From Mobula hypostoma (Eukaryota), in contig NC_086097.1 of NCBI RefSeq assembly GCF_963921235.1, positions 90,708,001 through 90,772,000 of the forward strand: a stretch of DNA of 64,000 nucleotides, written 5' to 3'. The notes below the pieces were generated by a model. It was not told where the DNA came from, did not search any database, and was given only the letters and a program-made list of their open reading frames with translations. How positions within the stretch are numbered: the first letter of the stretch is position 1; each line of letters begins with the position of its first letter. Below, piece after piece: positions 1 to 12,731 of this stretch. The translations under genes and the position numbers were made by a program.

Positions 1-125
1 ACAGTGGGTCTTCAGCCTGAGATGATAACATTGAGTCTCTTTCCATGGGTGCTTCCTGACTAGCTGAGTCTTCCCAGTACTTCCTGCATTTTGTTTCTGA
101 ATTCTAGCATCTGCAACTTTTCTTC
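1..125 (+). mobile_element. Degenerate Penelope terminal-repeat (pLTR) remnant
   Basis: Aligns by eye to the terminus at 25785-25873 and 4127-4245 (GGGTCTT..GCCTGA...GCTTCCTGACTAGCTGAGT...TTCTAGCATCTGCA). Confidence 0.6.
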
Positions 126-772
126 TTGATTTCCATACACTGAGGTAATTCTACTCCAGTTGGAGTGAGAGTAAGATGGACAAATGGTATGCTGGAGTAG
201 ATGCTTTAGAAGTTGACAGTAATTGATCAGATGATCAGGTTCCCTGGGTCCTGATTCATTCACTTTGGCCTGTAATAAATTTGAAATCTTTCGAAAATAT
301 TTCAAATTGATTCCATATTAGTAAAAATCATGATATTTTTATGCATAAGTAAGAAGTCATTCTTTATAATATTTTAACATCAGTTCACAAGGATCAATTG
401 AATGTATGTTGATCAATGGAATCTCATAATGCCTACTCACAAACCCTTGATTGTGTTTCTAGAGCTGCCTTCGTTTCACTTTGTTTGAGAATGCCATATT
501 GCCCCAGGATATCTGTCAGAGCTGAATGAAAATCATTCCAATTGTAGACATGCCATTTTCTGCCGCCAGGCACTTACCCTTCCTTGCTTTAGACATAATC
601 TCAAGTTATTTCCATTTTAACAATTAATGAAAGATGCCAGGATCGCTGAAGCCAACAGGTATTCCAAATGTAAATAAAACATGAGTTCAGCAACCTTTTT
701 CTTTAGTATAGGGAAAACATAACAAAAACAGTGAGGGAAAGATATAACATTCAGATTCAGATTAGTTTATTG

Positions 773-1555
773 TGAAATCCCTTTCTTCTTGGGCATCTCT
801 GGAAACCCAGCTCATTAGCCCCTTGCTAGCAGCCAGTGGATTCTGGGGTGATAAACCCACCTTTCTCAGTCTTCATACGTCTAGGATGTATACGACTTTG
901 GTCCCGCCAAATCCATGAGGGTGGTATGCCTTGCCCACCCAAACCCCGGTTTGTGTGAATACTGTGTGATTTACTGCACTCAGCAAGAATTAACAGGTCG
1001 TACACTGCATACAATTTGTAAAGTATACTTAATAATGTTAATTTAAGCAAACAGTTATTAAATGAAAGAAAGAAAAAAAAACAAAAATGGCCCATTACTC
1101 TTAAGCGGTCAAATGTGCACTTAAGTTGGAGCTCATCTTGAACTTGTCTGTCACTTGCTGGACACTTGGTCTGTGTGAAAGCACACACCATGTTCCAAAC
1201 ATCGCTCGAAATCCATCTTGAACAAACAGGTCTCCCACAGGAGTATTGGTTCTTCCATTTTGAAGCCATTCATCTGCACAAAGCACCCTATGCAGCAGGA
1301 AAGACATCCTCAGCCGTCTTTTCCCGCTGTCTCCTTTCAGCTCCCGCCAACAAAGATCTTCTGCCAAGCGCTCTCCAGAACCTTCTCCCAATTCCACCAT
1401 CCTGATTGGCTGACAGCACATTCCCAAATTGAATAACAAACCTCTTTTCTTAGCTCAAACCCAAACAAGCTGAAAGCAGGACAGATTGCCCTTAAAGAGC
1501 TGTTAAAATGAAATACCTACAGCATAGCAGTTAAAATCTTAAGCAGGGCGTTACA
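773..1555 (-). mobile_element. Probable solo LTR
   Basis: TG...CA ends with imperfect terminal inverted repeat (TGAAATCCCT / AGGGCGTTACA); ATTG duplicated at 769-772 and 1556-1559; interrupts an older LINE tail. Confidence 0.55.
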
Positions 1556-1979
1556 ATTGTTATAAACATCAGGGTGCAATGAAACTGATTGCTCCTTGTA
1601 CCCTCACAGAGTAAACAGTGTACATGGTAATACAGTGACAAGCATAAACCACGTTAAAGTGGAAAGATTATAGTGAAGTCTGAAGTAGTCTGAAGAGGAA
1701 TGTCTGAAGTGACAATAATAGAATGAGTGAAAGAGGTAGAATTAAGAGCTCTGTAACATAGCAGCGCCACTGGGAAGCAGGGTGAAAAGTGTGAAGGAGG
1801 TATATAACAAAGCCAACAAAACTATTCCTATGGATTTTGTCTTTGTGCTATACAGTGTAGGCCTTTTCGCCCACCAAGTCCATACTTACTGTCAACCAAC
1901 CATTTACCAGTCCTCCCTTATTCCCAGATTATTCTCCCTACATTCCCATCCATGCCAAACAGATTCTACCACTCTCTTT

Positions 1980-2185
1980 CACACTAGGAGCAAATTACAG
2001 TGGTCATTTAACTTAGCAAGTTGAACATCTTTTGTATGTGGGAGGAAACTGGAGCACCTAGAGGAAGCCCACATGGCCTTAAGGAGAATAAGCAAACTCC
2101 ACACAGAAGTGCCAGGGGTCGGTGTTGAACCTGATTTACTGGAGTAGTGAGGCAGCTGCTGTATTGGTTACACAAGGTTACTGCA
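1980..2185 (-). mobile_element. tRNA-derived V-SINE (HE1-like)
   Basis: V-domain-like TGTGGGAGGAAACTGGAGCACC...CAAACTCCACACAGA followed by a B-box-like segment on the - strand; related copies at 7750, 31838, 46620, 48400. Confidence 0.7.
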
Positions 2186-3714
2186 CCTTCATTTATCTAG
2201 CAAGTCCTAATACTGTGAAAAACTAATGAAGGGATTCACATTTACTTATATTGCAACATTTACACATTTGCATGGTTTTGCAGAGATGAACGAGTTGTAT
2301 ATTAGCAAGTTTTTTCTCCTTCATAAACTAGCCCATATTTGCATGAGCATGCTATGTTCTGCCTTTGAAATCCATTCTATTGAAGTCAGCAGAACATATG
2401 CCAGAGGCAGATCACGAAGCACTGCTGTGAATATATAGCACAGTTGGCAGTACCCACCAGCATTTCGTGCATCTTGTAGACAGTTTTAAGTCCATTTCTG
2501 CTTTTCTCCAGCAACATGAATGGCCTTTGAGCCATCAAATATTCTATGTTACTGAACATGCCAGAAGCTTAGAAATAGGATTTCTGTCATCTTTCCCAAG
2601 ACCGGCAGGCTAAGAAGAACCTGGTGCCTTGAAAGATGTCCAAGTCGCACCACGTGACACAACGGGCTGCTGAGTGTTTGGTGCTGGAAGATTCCATGGT
2701 TCGCAAGGCACAAGCCATCATGCACCGGTGGTTGGGGCTCACCCAGTCCATGCACTGAGGCTTTTATTCATGCTGCATTGTGCTGTGAACGCCATCTGTG
2801 GCCTACACCTCTGCATGGTGATGGAAAGTTTCAGAAGGGAGAGACAGGTTAGTATTGCTACTAGATGCTTATATGTATGTGCCAGGTGCCCATGGGATGT
2901 GCCATACATTTGTAAGATTGCAGACCATGATTCACATAATTAATGTTTTTAATGGTTAGTATTACATAAATATTGTGCTACTCATTTGAATTTTAAGACA
3001 CATATACTTATAAAAGTCATAACAATTCCCCTACAGTACCGAGATCAAGATTCCTATCTGAGTGAGCTTATGCATTAAAGTCTTGCTACAAGTGCAGGAT
3101 ATCTGTTGAGGCAGTGCTGCATTGTCGGATGTGCTGTTTCTTTTCCACAGTGACCGTTAAACCATCTCAGGTACCCTCGCAGGTGAAGAGAGGCAACACT
3201 TCTCAATTCTCAAGAAATGCTTGTGTTGGTTCCTCAGGCACTGAAATCTTTTAGCCACTGTGAGAAGGAGTGTCACAGATAGGTGCGTTTTTGACTTCCT
3301 GGAATCAAGACTGTTTCAAGTATTAATCTCTAGCAAGAATAACCACACTCAATTCATAGAAGGGTCCTAGTCTGATTTTCACGATGTATGGGCCTATCTT
3401 CAGATAGATTAACATAATTAATCTTCCTTTAATGTCATTGGAGGTACCCTGGTAAATTATGTCAGTTTGCTGAGGCAAAACAGCTTTAATGAGGTATATC
3501 TTCCCTCCAGGATTCTCTTCTCTTGACTTGGTGAAGTTGCATCAACATTAAGTGAAATAAGAGCTCATCCATGTGTTTGTAGTTGTGTAGGTGTGCGTAG
3601 TCAGGAAAGGGGAGGGAGGAAGTGACGGAGTGATATTGAGTGACAATACGTGGAGCTGCATTTACACCAACAGCAATGCAATAAGTATTACTGGGCTATT
3701 AGGGGGGACTGGAT

Positions 3715-4480
3715 GAGCTGTGATTGTCTTCTCTGGAGTGGAGAAGGCTAAGGGGTACAGATATATGCCAAAGTAAGAGGAGAATAGATAGTTTTGATAG
3801 TAAAAATCTTCTTCTCATGGTGTGGATATCTTTGGCAAGTGGGTATACATTCATGGTGAGGAGTAGATGATTTAGAGAGGATGTTCCTCTATTCCCCACT
3901 CTGACCTTTCATTTCCTTTCACCTGCCTATTACTTCCCCCTAGGTCCCCTCCTCCTTCCCTTTCTCCTATTGTCCACTCTCCTCTCCTATCAAATTCCTT
4001 GCTCTTCAGCCCTTGACCTTTCCCAACCACCAGGCTTCACCTATCACCTTCCTGCTATCCTCCTATCCCATCCCACCCCCACCTGTTTATTCTGGCATCT
4101 TCCCCCTTCCTTTCTAGACCCGAAGAAGGGTCTCGGCCTGAAACATCGACTGATTATTCATTTCCATAGATGCTGCCTGACCTGTTGAGTTCCTCCAACA
4201 CTCTGTGTGCGTTGCTTTGGATTTCCAGCATCTGCAGACTTTCCTGGGATGTGATGGGGATTCTTTTCATCTGGAGCACAGCTGGAGTTCAGAATGTGCT
4301 GTCAGGGAGGGTGGTGCAGGCAGATACTCTCATGATATTGAAGAAACATCTACACAAACACTTGACTTATTGACGCATGGAAGGCTATGGGATTAGTGTA
4401 GATAGGCACAATGGGTGGCATAAACATAGTGGGCTGAAGGGTCCGTTTCAGCTTGGTTTGACTCAATTACTTTGTGACTC
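3715..4480 (+). mobile_element. CR1 LINE 3' fragment split by a Penelope terminus
   Basis: CR1 ORF2 C-terminal-like sequence (TTCTCTGGAGTGGAGAAGGCTAAGGGG) at 3715-3880 resumes near 4245 with the CR1 3' UTR (GGGCTGAAGGGTCCGTTTC). Confidence 0.6.
3885..4245 (+). mobile_element. Penelope 3' UTR/terminus with mutated hammerhead core (4115-4152)
   Basis: C/T-rich UTR, then TAGAC-CCGAAGA-AGGGTCTCGGCCT-GAAAC-ATC-GACTG and the conserved AGATGCTGCCTGACCTG..GAGTTCCTCC tail. Confidence 0.8.
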
Positions 4481-5494
4481 TGTGTGTGTTGGTGCATGGC
4501 TGGGGCTGGGAAGTGGGATGCAGGGAAGGGGAGGTGGGTTCTAACTGAGTAATAGTGCGGGTGATGGGGGGGCAGTGGGATCCAGATTATCACCAGTGTA
4601 CATGCAGATGCATTTAGATGCACAGACTGCTGGTGAGGGGGGAATACTGACTGAAAGTATGAAAGTGCTAGTAGAAACATAGTGAACAATTTAGGGTGCT
4701 GGGGAGACTGGTTACTGATTGATAGAGTGAGGGAGCTAGATTAACACGACTGGAGATATAATCAATAACTCAATGTGCTGTGCGAAAGGAGGCTATGCAG
4801 TGATGGTGTGGGGGAGCTGGATTGACATCAATGAAGATACAGACAGTGCAATTGGGATGCTGCCGTTTTTTGGGAGAATAGTTTCTCCTTAATCCCATTC
4901 TCATGCAATTTCTGTCACTCTCTGAGTTAAAGCCTACCATTTTTCACCTGACTCATGACGATTTAAAAAACTAATTAAATCATTAACACATTGAACAAAC
5001 CTGACTGAAATCAATTCAATTTAAAATCAACCAGCATACTTCCAAAGTGCATTTCTTCTTGCAGTAAAAAAATGCTGAAGGATTAAATGTTTGAAATAGA
5101 TTTTAATATTCTGGAGCAGAAACAATATGTTTACATACAGATCTGTCATATCATCAGTAAGATATAAAGCTGGAATAAACCTACAAATTGGTGTCATATT
5201 TTTCTAAGCCATCTGCATCCCTGCTGAATGACGGCATGTTCCAGCTGTTAGTAACTCCGTGTAAAACTTTCCCTTTAAAACTAATTTCTCTCAATTTAAA
5301 CATATACTTTGTTTTTGATGTCCTTAGCATGAGAAAAGGGTGTTGAATATATTTGTACCCTATCAATGCCACTTATAATCTTACTTATTGTTAGATCACC
5401 TCCGGCCTCCTAAACTCCAGGGAAGACAAACTCAGCCTGTCAGAGTTTTCTTTGAAGTCTTCCAATCCAGGCATCATCCTGGTGAATCCCACTT

Positions 5495-5791
5495 TCAAAG
5501 TCCAAAATAACACTTATTACCAGAGTACATCCATGTCACCACATACAACCCTGACGTTCTTTTTCTGCTGGCATACTTAGCAAATCTATAGAACAGTAGC
5601 TGCAAACATCTGGAACTATCAACTGTAAACAAACTGCGCAAATGCAGATATAAATAAATAGCAATAAATAACAAGCATAAACTAACAATATAACAGAGTC
5701 CTTAAATGAGTGTTGCAACCCAAGAACTTGACGCTTTAGGGAGAGTAACTGTTCTTGAACTTGGTGATGTGAGTCCTGAGGCTCCTGTGCC

Positions 5792-5795
<4 letters not shown>
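5495..5795 (-). mobile_element. Rex1/L2-type LINE 3' end fragment
   Basis: Resembles other such tails in the window (47120-47635, 29950-30245); split by the SINE at 5796. Confidence 0.55.
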
Positions 5796-5834
<39 letters not shown>

Positions 5835-6004
5835 GCTCATCGTACGGCGTGTCTTAGGCATCTGAAACCTAGCGGAGCCCGTCCCTCTCCAGGTTTTTTT
5901 TACAAGGTCCAGTTGCTAGATCGACACTCAACCCAGGCACGGATTCGAACTCGGAACCTCTCGCCCCGAAGTCCAGCGCTGATGCCACTACACCACCAGC
6001 CGGC
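5796..6004 (-). mobile_element. tRNA-derived SINE with (CA)n tail
   Basis: - strand head GCCGGCTGGTGGTGTAGTGG (A box) ... GAGTTCGAATCC (B box); (TG)n at 5795-5830; TSD TGCCTTCT/TACCTTCT at 5788-5795 and 6005-6012. Confidence 0.8.
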
Positions 6005-6029
6005 TACCTTCTACGAAACTGAATAATGT

Positions 6030-6340
6030 ATGGCCTCAGAGCTGTGTGTCAGACATGGTTATAAGCAGCACTGGGGCCCCAAAGGGGACTGTTTTGGTTT
6101 CCTTCCTGTTTACCCCGTATACTTTGGACTTAGATACAACACTGAGTCATGTCATCTGCAGAGATTTTCTGGTGATTCAGCAATAGTTAGGTGTATAAAG
6201 GGTGGACAGGGGGATGAATACAGGGCTCTGGTAGAGGATTTTGTCAAATGGTGCAAGCTGAATCATCTGCAGCTCAACATTAGTAAGACAAAGGAGATGG
6301 TGATGAACTTTAGGAAGACTAAGCCTGCACTGCTCCCTGT
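6030..6340 (+). pseudogene. Non-LTR RT fragment (Rex1/L2-type)
   Basis: CHLQRFSGDSAIV (degenerate FSDD) and WCKLNHLQLNISKTKEMV motifs. Confidence 0.75.
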
Positions 6341-7700
6341 GAGTGAGAACAAGTTCCGCTAGGCGGAGGAATAGTGTAGTGGTGGAGGGGAACTGGTTGG
6401 GTCTGGTGTCCAGAAAAAAAATTGAGAGCTTTGAAGCCTTCCTGGTGGGGTTGGAGTTTTACAGGGACTGGACATCCATAGTAAAAATGAGATGATGAGG
6501 TCCAGGGAATGTGAAATCATTGAAAAGATCTAGAGTGAGTGAACTGTCAATTTTTGTAGGTAGGAAAGAACTGATCTAGAAGGGATAAAACAGAATTGAG
6601 GTATGCAGTTCAGTGGGGCAGGAACAAGCTGAAACAATGGGTCTTGCTGGACTTGTGGGTTTGTGGATTTTGGGTAGGAGGTAGAAACAGGAGGTGCGGG
6701 GTGGGGGAACTATGAGGTTGGTGGCAGTGAGTGGGAGATCCCCAGAATCAATAAGTTTGGTGATGGTGTGGGAGACGATGGCCTGGTGTTCCTTAGTGGG
6801 ATCCTGTTCGAGGGGTAAGAAAGAGGAAGTGCCTGAGAGATGGTGCTGGGCCTCAGCAAGGTAGAGGTCAGTATGCCAGACTACTAGAGCACCCCCTTAT
6901 CTGCGGGTTTGATGGTGAGGTTAGGATTAGTGCAGAGGGAGTGGAGAGCAAAGGTCTCGGAAGGGCTGAAGTTGGAATAAGAGAGAGGAAAGTTAAAGTC
7001 TAGACAGTTAATATCCCATCGGCAGCTGGCAATGAAAAGATCCAGAGCAGGCAGAAGACCAGGGCTAGGTGTCCAGGAAGAGGAGGCTGGTTGAGAGTTG
7101 AAGACAGGAGAAGGAGTCACGGGTGTGGGATGGAGAGTCCTTACCAAAGAAATAGGCTCGGAGATGGAGGCAGCAGAACTCAGCATCGTAGTGGACGTGG
7201 CACTCACTGAGGTGTAGGTGCAGGGGGACAAAAGTGAGGCCTTTACTGAGGATAGAACGTTTTGCCTCAGAGAGGGGAAGGTCGGAGGGAATAGTGAAAA
7301 CCCGGCATGGATGAGAGCTGGGATCGGAGGGGGGATGTGAGTTAGTAGTGTCTGAGGGAAGGGAGGTTTGCAGCATTCAGGGATGGTGGGGTGAGAGAAA
7401 GATGGAGTTTCTGAGGGCCCGAGGGCTGTCGGTGGGATGTGAGAGAGACGGGATTGCGGAGTGGTGGTGGGGGAAGTGGAGACGGGGGTTCCAGCGTCAG
7501 CCCATGAAGACCTGGCCTGGTGATCAAGGCCGGAGTCGGAATTGGAGGTTGCGCAATCGGCACTTTGGTGATGTCCAAGGTCGCTGGAACCCACATTGAT
7601 GGCGACGGAGTCCGGGTTATGAATCTGCTCTGGATTATTAGAGCCGTTGAGGTCGGCAGTGGGGTTCACCGTCTGGAGATGTCCTGCAGGTTCAGTGATG
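6341..7700 (-). pseudogene. Penelope ORF N-terminal/RT fragment, frameshifted
   Basis: Penelope motifs ILSKGLTFVP, NPNLTIKPADKG and FYLLPKIHK (about 6661-6687). Confidence 0.85.
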
Positions 7701-7749
7701 CAGCCAGTTAACATACTGTCTATTACACATCAATAAAAGTATATTCTAC

Positions 7750-7935
7750 TGGCAAAGAGAATGGCTCATCTCACAGATGTGAGTTCAGTCTTGATGCTGT
7801 CGTGCTGCCCGTATGGAGTTTGTACGTTTTCCCTGTGATCATACGGTTTCCTTCGGTTGTCCTTGTTTCCTCCCACATCCCAAAGACCATGCAAGTTGGT
7901 AGGTGTAAATTGCCCCTAGTCTGTAGCTGAGTGGT
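7750..7935 (+). mobile_element. V-SINE (HE1-like), degenerate
   Basis: GTATGGAGTTTGTACGTTTTCCCTGTGA...GTTTCCTCCCACATCCCAAAGAC V-domain. Confidence 0.7.
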
Positions 7936-8184
7936 AGAGTCCTCAGGAACTGAGGGAAATGTGGGAAGAGTAGAATAATATTAGTTTTGTAACTTTAGAT
8001 TTATGTATAAAACGATCTGCATGTATTGAATGGGCCAAAGGGCCTTTTCTAAGCTATGTGACTCTCTTTTGTTGAGAAGCTGCAGAGGACTAAAGAGAAG
8101 AGAGCCGAGAGTAGATATAGGACCACTGGAATATGATGCTGGAAAAGTACTAATGGGGGACAAAGAAATGGTGAAAGATGTTAA

Positions 8185-8412
8185 TGTGGTAAACCATATA
8201 TATGTTGTAACTGGGTTAACTGTCTGGACGCGCCCCTCTGCTGACTGCCCCTGTGGCTCCTCCCACAGATTCCTGTATAAAGGTGTTTCGCCTTGCCCCT
8301 CCCCCTCAGTCCGGGGGCAAACGCTCACCGTGGAGGTCGTATTGTACAGCGAATAAAAGCCTTTCGGTATTTTACCAAACCTCAGTCTTTTGGAGTTATT
8401 GAAGGTGCTTCA
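8185..8412 (+). mobile_element. Solo LTR (228 bp)
   Basis: TG...CA ends; 5-bp TSD GTTAA at 8180-8184 and 8413-8417; internal TATAAA and AATAAA. Confidence 0.85.
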
Positions 8413-8900
8413 GTTAATAAGCATTTTGCGCCTGTCTTCACTATGGAAAACACTAACAGTATGCCAGAAATTCGAGAGTGTCGGAGAGCAGAAGTGAGTG
8501 TAGTTGCTTTTACTAAAGAGAAGGTGCCCTGGGAAGCTGAAAGGTTGGAAGGTAGGTGAATCACCTGGACCAGAAGGACTTCACCCTAGGGTTCTGAAGG
8601 AGGTAAGTGAAGAGATTGTGGAGGATTAGTAATGAGCTGTCAAGAATCACTAGATTCTGGAATGGTTCCGGAAGACAGGAAAACTTAAAATGTCACTCCA
8701 CTCTTTAAGAAAGGAGGGAGGAAGAGAAAAGGAAATTATAGGCCAATTAGCCCAAATTCTGTGGTTGGTAGAATGGAGTCCACTATTAAGGACAAGGTTT
8801 TGGCAAACTTCAAGGCACATGTTCAAAAAGGCCAAAGTCAGCATAGTTTCCCGAAGGGAAAATCTGTTGGAATTCTTTGAACAATAATAGGCAAGATAGA

Positions 8901-9494
8901 TGTAGCGACTATGCCCCATTTGACTCCCGTTCGTCTCGGGTAAACTGGCGTTGACCCCGCTAACTCGCGTTGGTGTGGATACTATGTGATTGCACCCCGG
9001 TACAAGGCCATGACACAAAATATCATACGGCACACAGTAGGCAAGTAAATGATTACACTTCATAATTATTTCTTGGTGATGGATTAGTAGAAACAAATAA
9101 AATAAAGGCACCAAATCAGTAAATTTATCAGTTCTGTGCACAAGTAATTTGTTGGAGCTCAAAAAAATTTGGTATCCTTTCCTCCCATCGACCTCCTTCG
9201 AACTCCATCGACCCTTGGCTGGGATCACTCCCGATGATCTACCAGAGCCTCGACTCACGTCCGACCTCTTCTCTTCTCCTCGACCGAAAGACCGCACTTC
9301 TCCAGTTCCCGGACATACAGATAGAATAACATGACTTCCATTGGCTAGCAAATGAATACAAGTCCCGTTATCACTAATTATAACCCAAACATGCTGCTAC
9401 AGAGAACCCCTTACTCAGCAGTTAACAGTACAGAGAAGCCATTTTGTCAGCCATAACAATTAACATTACATTGAGTATTACTGAGAACCCTACA
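8901..9494 (-). repeat. 3' LTR of the Gypsy element
   Basis: Direct repeat of 14145-14749; polypurine tract GGTGGGGAGAGAA on the - strand at 9495-9507. Confidence 0.95.
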
Positions 9495-9509
9495 TTCTCT
9501 CCCCACCAA

Positions 9510-12500
9510 ATTTAGTCATGTCCTCATGACATTCAAATAATTTGCCATCCCTTCCTGCAAAACACAGAGCCCAATCCAAGTGCAGAAAGCAGTGACACCG
9601 CTCCCCAAAACAGTGGAGACCACACTCTCTGATCCTTGGTAGGAAAAGCTTGAGTATATCTGGTGTAGTGGTCCGTGATGACTAAGACATCCACCGTGTT
9701 GCTGGCATCGGGTTCTACAGCCAGGAAATCCATACACACCAGGTCCAAAGGTCCCGCACTCTGCAAGTGTGACAAAGGATCAGCCTGCCCAGGCAGCGTC
9801 TTCCGCCGTATACAACGAATGCAGGACTTGCAGTAGTCTTCGACCTCCGACCTCATTCGGGGCCAGTAAAACCGGTTCTTGAGCAATCCATAGGTCTTTT
9901 CCACCCCCAAATGTCCAGAGTCATCATAGAGGGACTTCAACACAACCTTCCGATACTTCTCAGGCAGGACCAGCTGCCAACGCCGAGGTTGGTCCAGGGG
10001 TGATGTTACATGGTATAAAATTTGGTTCTTCAACCTCAACCGAAGCCATCCTCTCAGTAACAGAGACACTGAGATGTGTTTTTCCCGTGTCACATGCCCC
10101 TCTTTAACTGCGTGCCAGACAGGGCCAATGCTTGGGTCACCTAACTGACCAGCGGCCACTTCCCCAGGGCTTAACTCCAGCAGCTGCGTGGTCTTCAGAG
10201 CAGTCAGGTCACAGTAAACTAGGGGTATGGCATCATCGGACGCCCTCAATGGGTCCACTGCGCGATCTGGCCTCTCCTTTTTCTTGGCCTGCATGGTGAT
10301 TGCAAACTGACACATGGCCTTCACCCCGGATGCAGGAAGACTCTTCCACTCCTCGTCCCTCTCCAGTTCCTCATGCCTCAGTTGGGACAGAGCATCAGCA
10401 TCGACATTCCGGCTCCTCGGCTGGTACTTCAGGATGAAATCATATACAGACAACACTGCCAGCCACCGATGGCCTGTGACATTCAGTTTTGCTGAGGTCA
10501 GGATGTAGGTAAGTGGGCTGTTGTCTGTCCCCACTTCCAACTTGGCCCCATAGAGATAGTCACTCAGCTTATCCACCACCGCCCATTTCAATGCCAGGAA
10601 CTCCAACTTGTGGGTGGGATAGTTTCTCTCAGAGAGTGACAAATGCTCCAGGCCTCAGCCCGGAGCCCTGATCCTGATACAGGACAGCCCCTAATCCCTC
10701 ACGTCTGGCATCGGTGTGCAGCACATAGGGCAATTGGGGGCCCGCAAAAGCCAGCACTGGAACATGAGTCAGCATCTCTTTCAGCGACTGAAAAGCCTCC
10801 TCACATTTGTCATCCCATCTCTGGCCAAAGGGCTCTGACAGGTTCAAATGTTCTCCAACCTCCCGTCCTCTCCTCCCTTTCCCTTTCTGTCCCAGGGGAG
10901 GGTAGCCGTGCAGAAGCTGGTTCAAGGGGTGACTCATCTTGGCATAGCCCTTCACGTATCTCCGGTAGTATCCACAGAACCCCAAGAACGAGCGCAGAGC
11001 ACTCACAGTCTGGGGCCTCGGCTAAGTGGTCACCACTTCTATCTTAGCCGGGTCAGTGACTACTCCTGTTTGTGCGATTATGTGTCCAACATAGCTAACA
11101 GACGTCTGGCAGAACTGACATTTGTCCAAGGAAAGTTTTAATCCTTCATCCTTCAGTCGGTTCAGCACCTTCATTAACCTCGCTTCGTGTTCTTCCAAGG
11201 TGGATCCAAATACTATCAGGTCATTCAAATATACCAGCACTTCAAGCAATTTCTTCTCCTCCACCATCTTCTCCATGACCCTCTGAAAGGTGGCAGGGGC
11301 TCCCGATATGCCCTGGGGCATCCTTTCGAGCTGGAAAAATCCCAGAGGGCATATGAATGCAGTCTCACTCATCGAGATCTGGTAATATCCACTCCACAAA
11401 TCCAGTACGTTGAACCACTTCACTTCCCCCCACTCAGTCAGGCCAGCGCATCTTCGGCCCTGGGACCATATACTGGTCAGGGACGGTGTGCCTGTTCAGG
11501 GTCCTGTAATCCATACACATACGAATCTTCCCATTTTTCGTCCAGGCCACTACTATTGGGGACGCATAAGGGCTTCGGGACTCCGCGATGATCTTGGCTA
11601 CCTTCAACTTGCACAAATGCTGCTGCCAGTCGCCGCAACCTCTCTCGAAACGGAGTGCCTTCAATCACCCAGATGGTGTGGCGAGTGCTCCTGGAACAAC
11701 CCCCATTCAACTCATCAAGGGAGAAAACATCTTTCAGCGTCAACATCTTCTCCACCAGCCTTTGCTTCCAACAGAGGTGAGGTCCCAAAGTTAAAAGCTT
11801 CAGCGGTCAACTTATCCCTGTTTTCTAATAGCTCTCCCCCAGCAAGCCTCACGGGGGCACTATGCATCACCATCACCGGGAACAATCGTGCCAAGGGCAC
11901 CCCGCGCTTAAAGTTGACCTCCCTTTCCGTAGTGTTCCTGACGATCACCACCATCCCACGTGCCTGTACCACCAAGGGCTTCTGCAACTCGAGTCTCACC
12001 AGCACCTCGGCCGGAAATCTTGATTCCCCCTCGAGATCTTCCGGGGTGTCCACTAAAAGGGCTTCACCCTCAGGCACCCCGGGGAATCTGGAGGTTGTTA
12101 TCACTCTCTTTACTTCCCCGGGTCGTACCACCCTGGGCTTCGACTGGGCACACCACGTCATTCCTCTTTTAAATTCCGTGTCCAGCCCAGTGCGGCCACA
12201 CACTTCCTTAAACGCGGTTTGAAACACTGGGTGCACCAACAAGGTCTCCAAAATATCTTCACCTGCCTGCTCCTTGCAGGCCCCCAGGAGCCTTCGTACA
12301 ATAGGGGTGTTGGTACCCACCAGAATGGACACACCCCCAGTCTCAACTGGGTCTGGGCAAGCCAGCACCATGGCCTCATGAACTGCAGACACTCCCACCC
12401 TCAGCCTCCAAAAACTCCAGTTTCACTGACAGATAACTGTCGTACGGGTAATCACCAGAGCTGTTACCTCAAATTTCCAGCACACTGAAGGGTGTCAAGG

Positions 12501-12731
12501 GCAAATGGTGTCAATACTGATCGTAGAACGAACGGTACAGTAATGTGTCCTGCGACCCATGTTGAGTATGGCTTTTGCATCTATTCCCTCTATCTGAATC
12601 GACACGCTGGATTGGGGTCCTACCAATCCTTCTGGGATAGGGTCTTTTCCTCTCAAGGGTCCTGTGGCACATTGCTGGGAATGTGTTTTCCCAGAGACTC
12701 CAGACCATTGCCTCACTGTGGCTCCTCTAAG
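9510..12731 (-). pseudogene. pol (protease, RT, RNase H, integrase) with frameshifts
   Basis: AKAILNMG (degenerate protease site), YASPIV..KNGKIRMCMDYRTLN, LDLWSGYYQI, LVYLNDLIV, VLHTDA..GLGAVLYQ, ERNYPTHKLEFLALKWAV, GHLGVEKT..FYWP..C..C, LVCMDF..ITDHYTRY. Confidence 0.93.

Noticed and set aside
570..600. - strand donor AAGG|GTAAGTG with upstream ATG
   Set aside because: Isolated signal with no supporting acceptor or recognisable peptide.
3151..3182. Small exon with good acceptor
   Set aside because: Lies in a probable Deu-SINE remnant and has weak donors.
5941..6004. tRNA gene
   Set aside because: A and B boxes are present, but it continues into a SINE body with microsatellite tail and TSD, and lacks a proper acceptor stem.
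8650..9351. 233-aa - strand ORF
   Set aside because: Chance read-through across the LTR/CR1 junction with no recognisable motif.
11410..12222. 270-aa + strand ORF
   Set aside because: Antisense shadow of the Gypsy pol.
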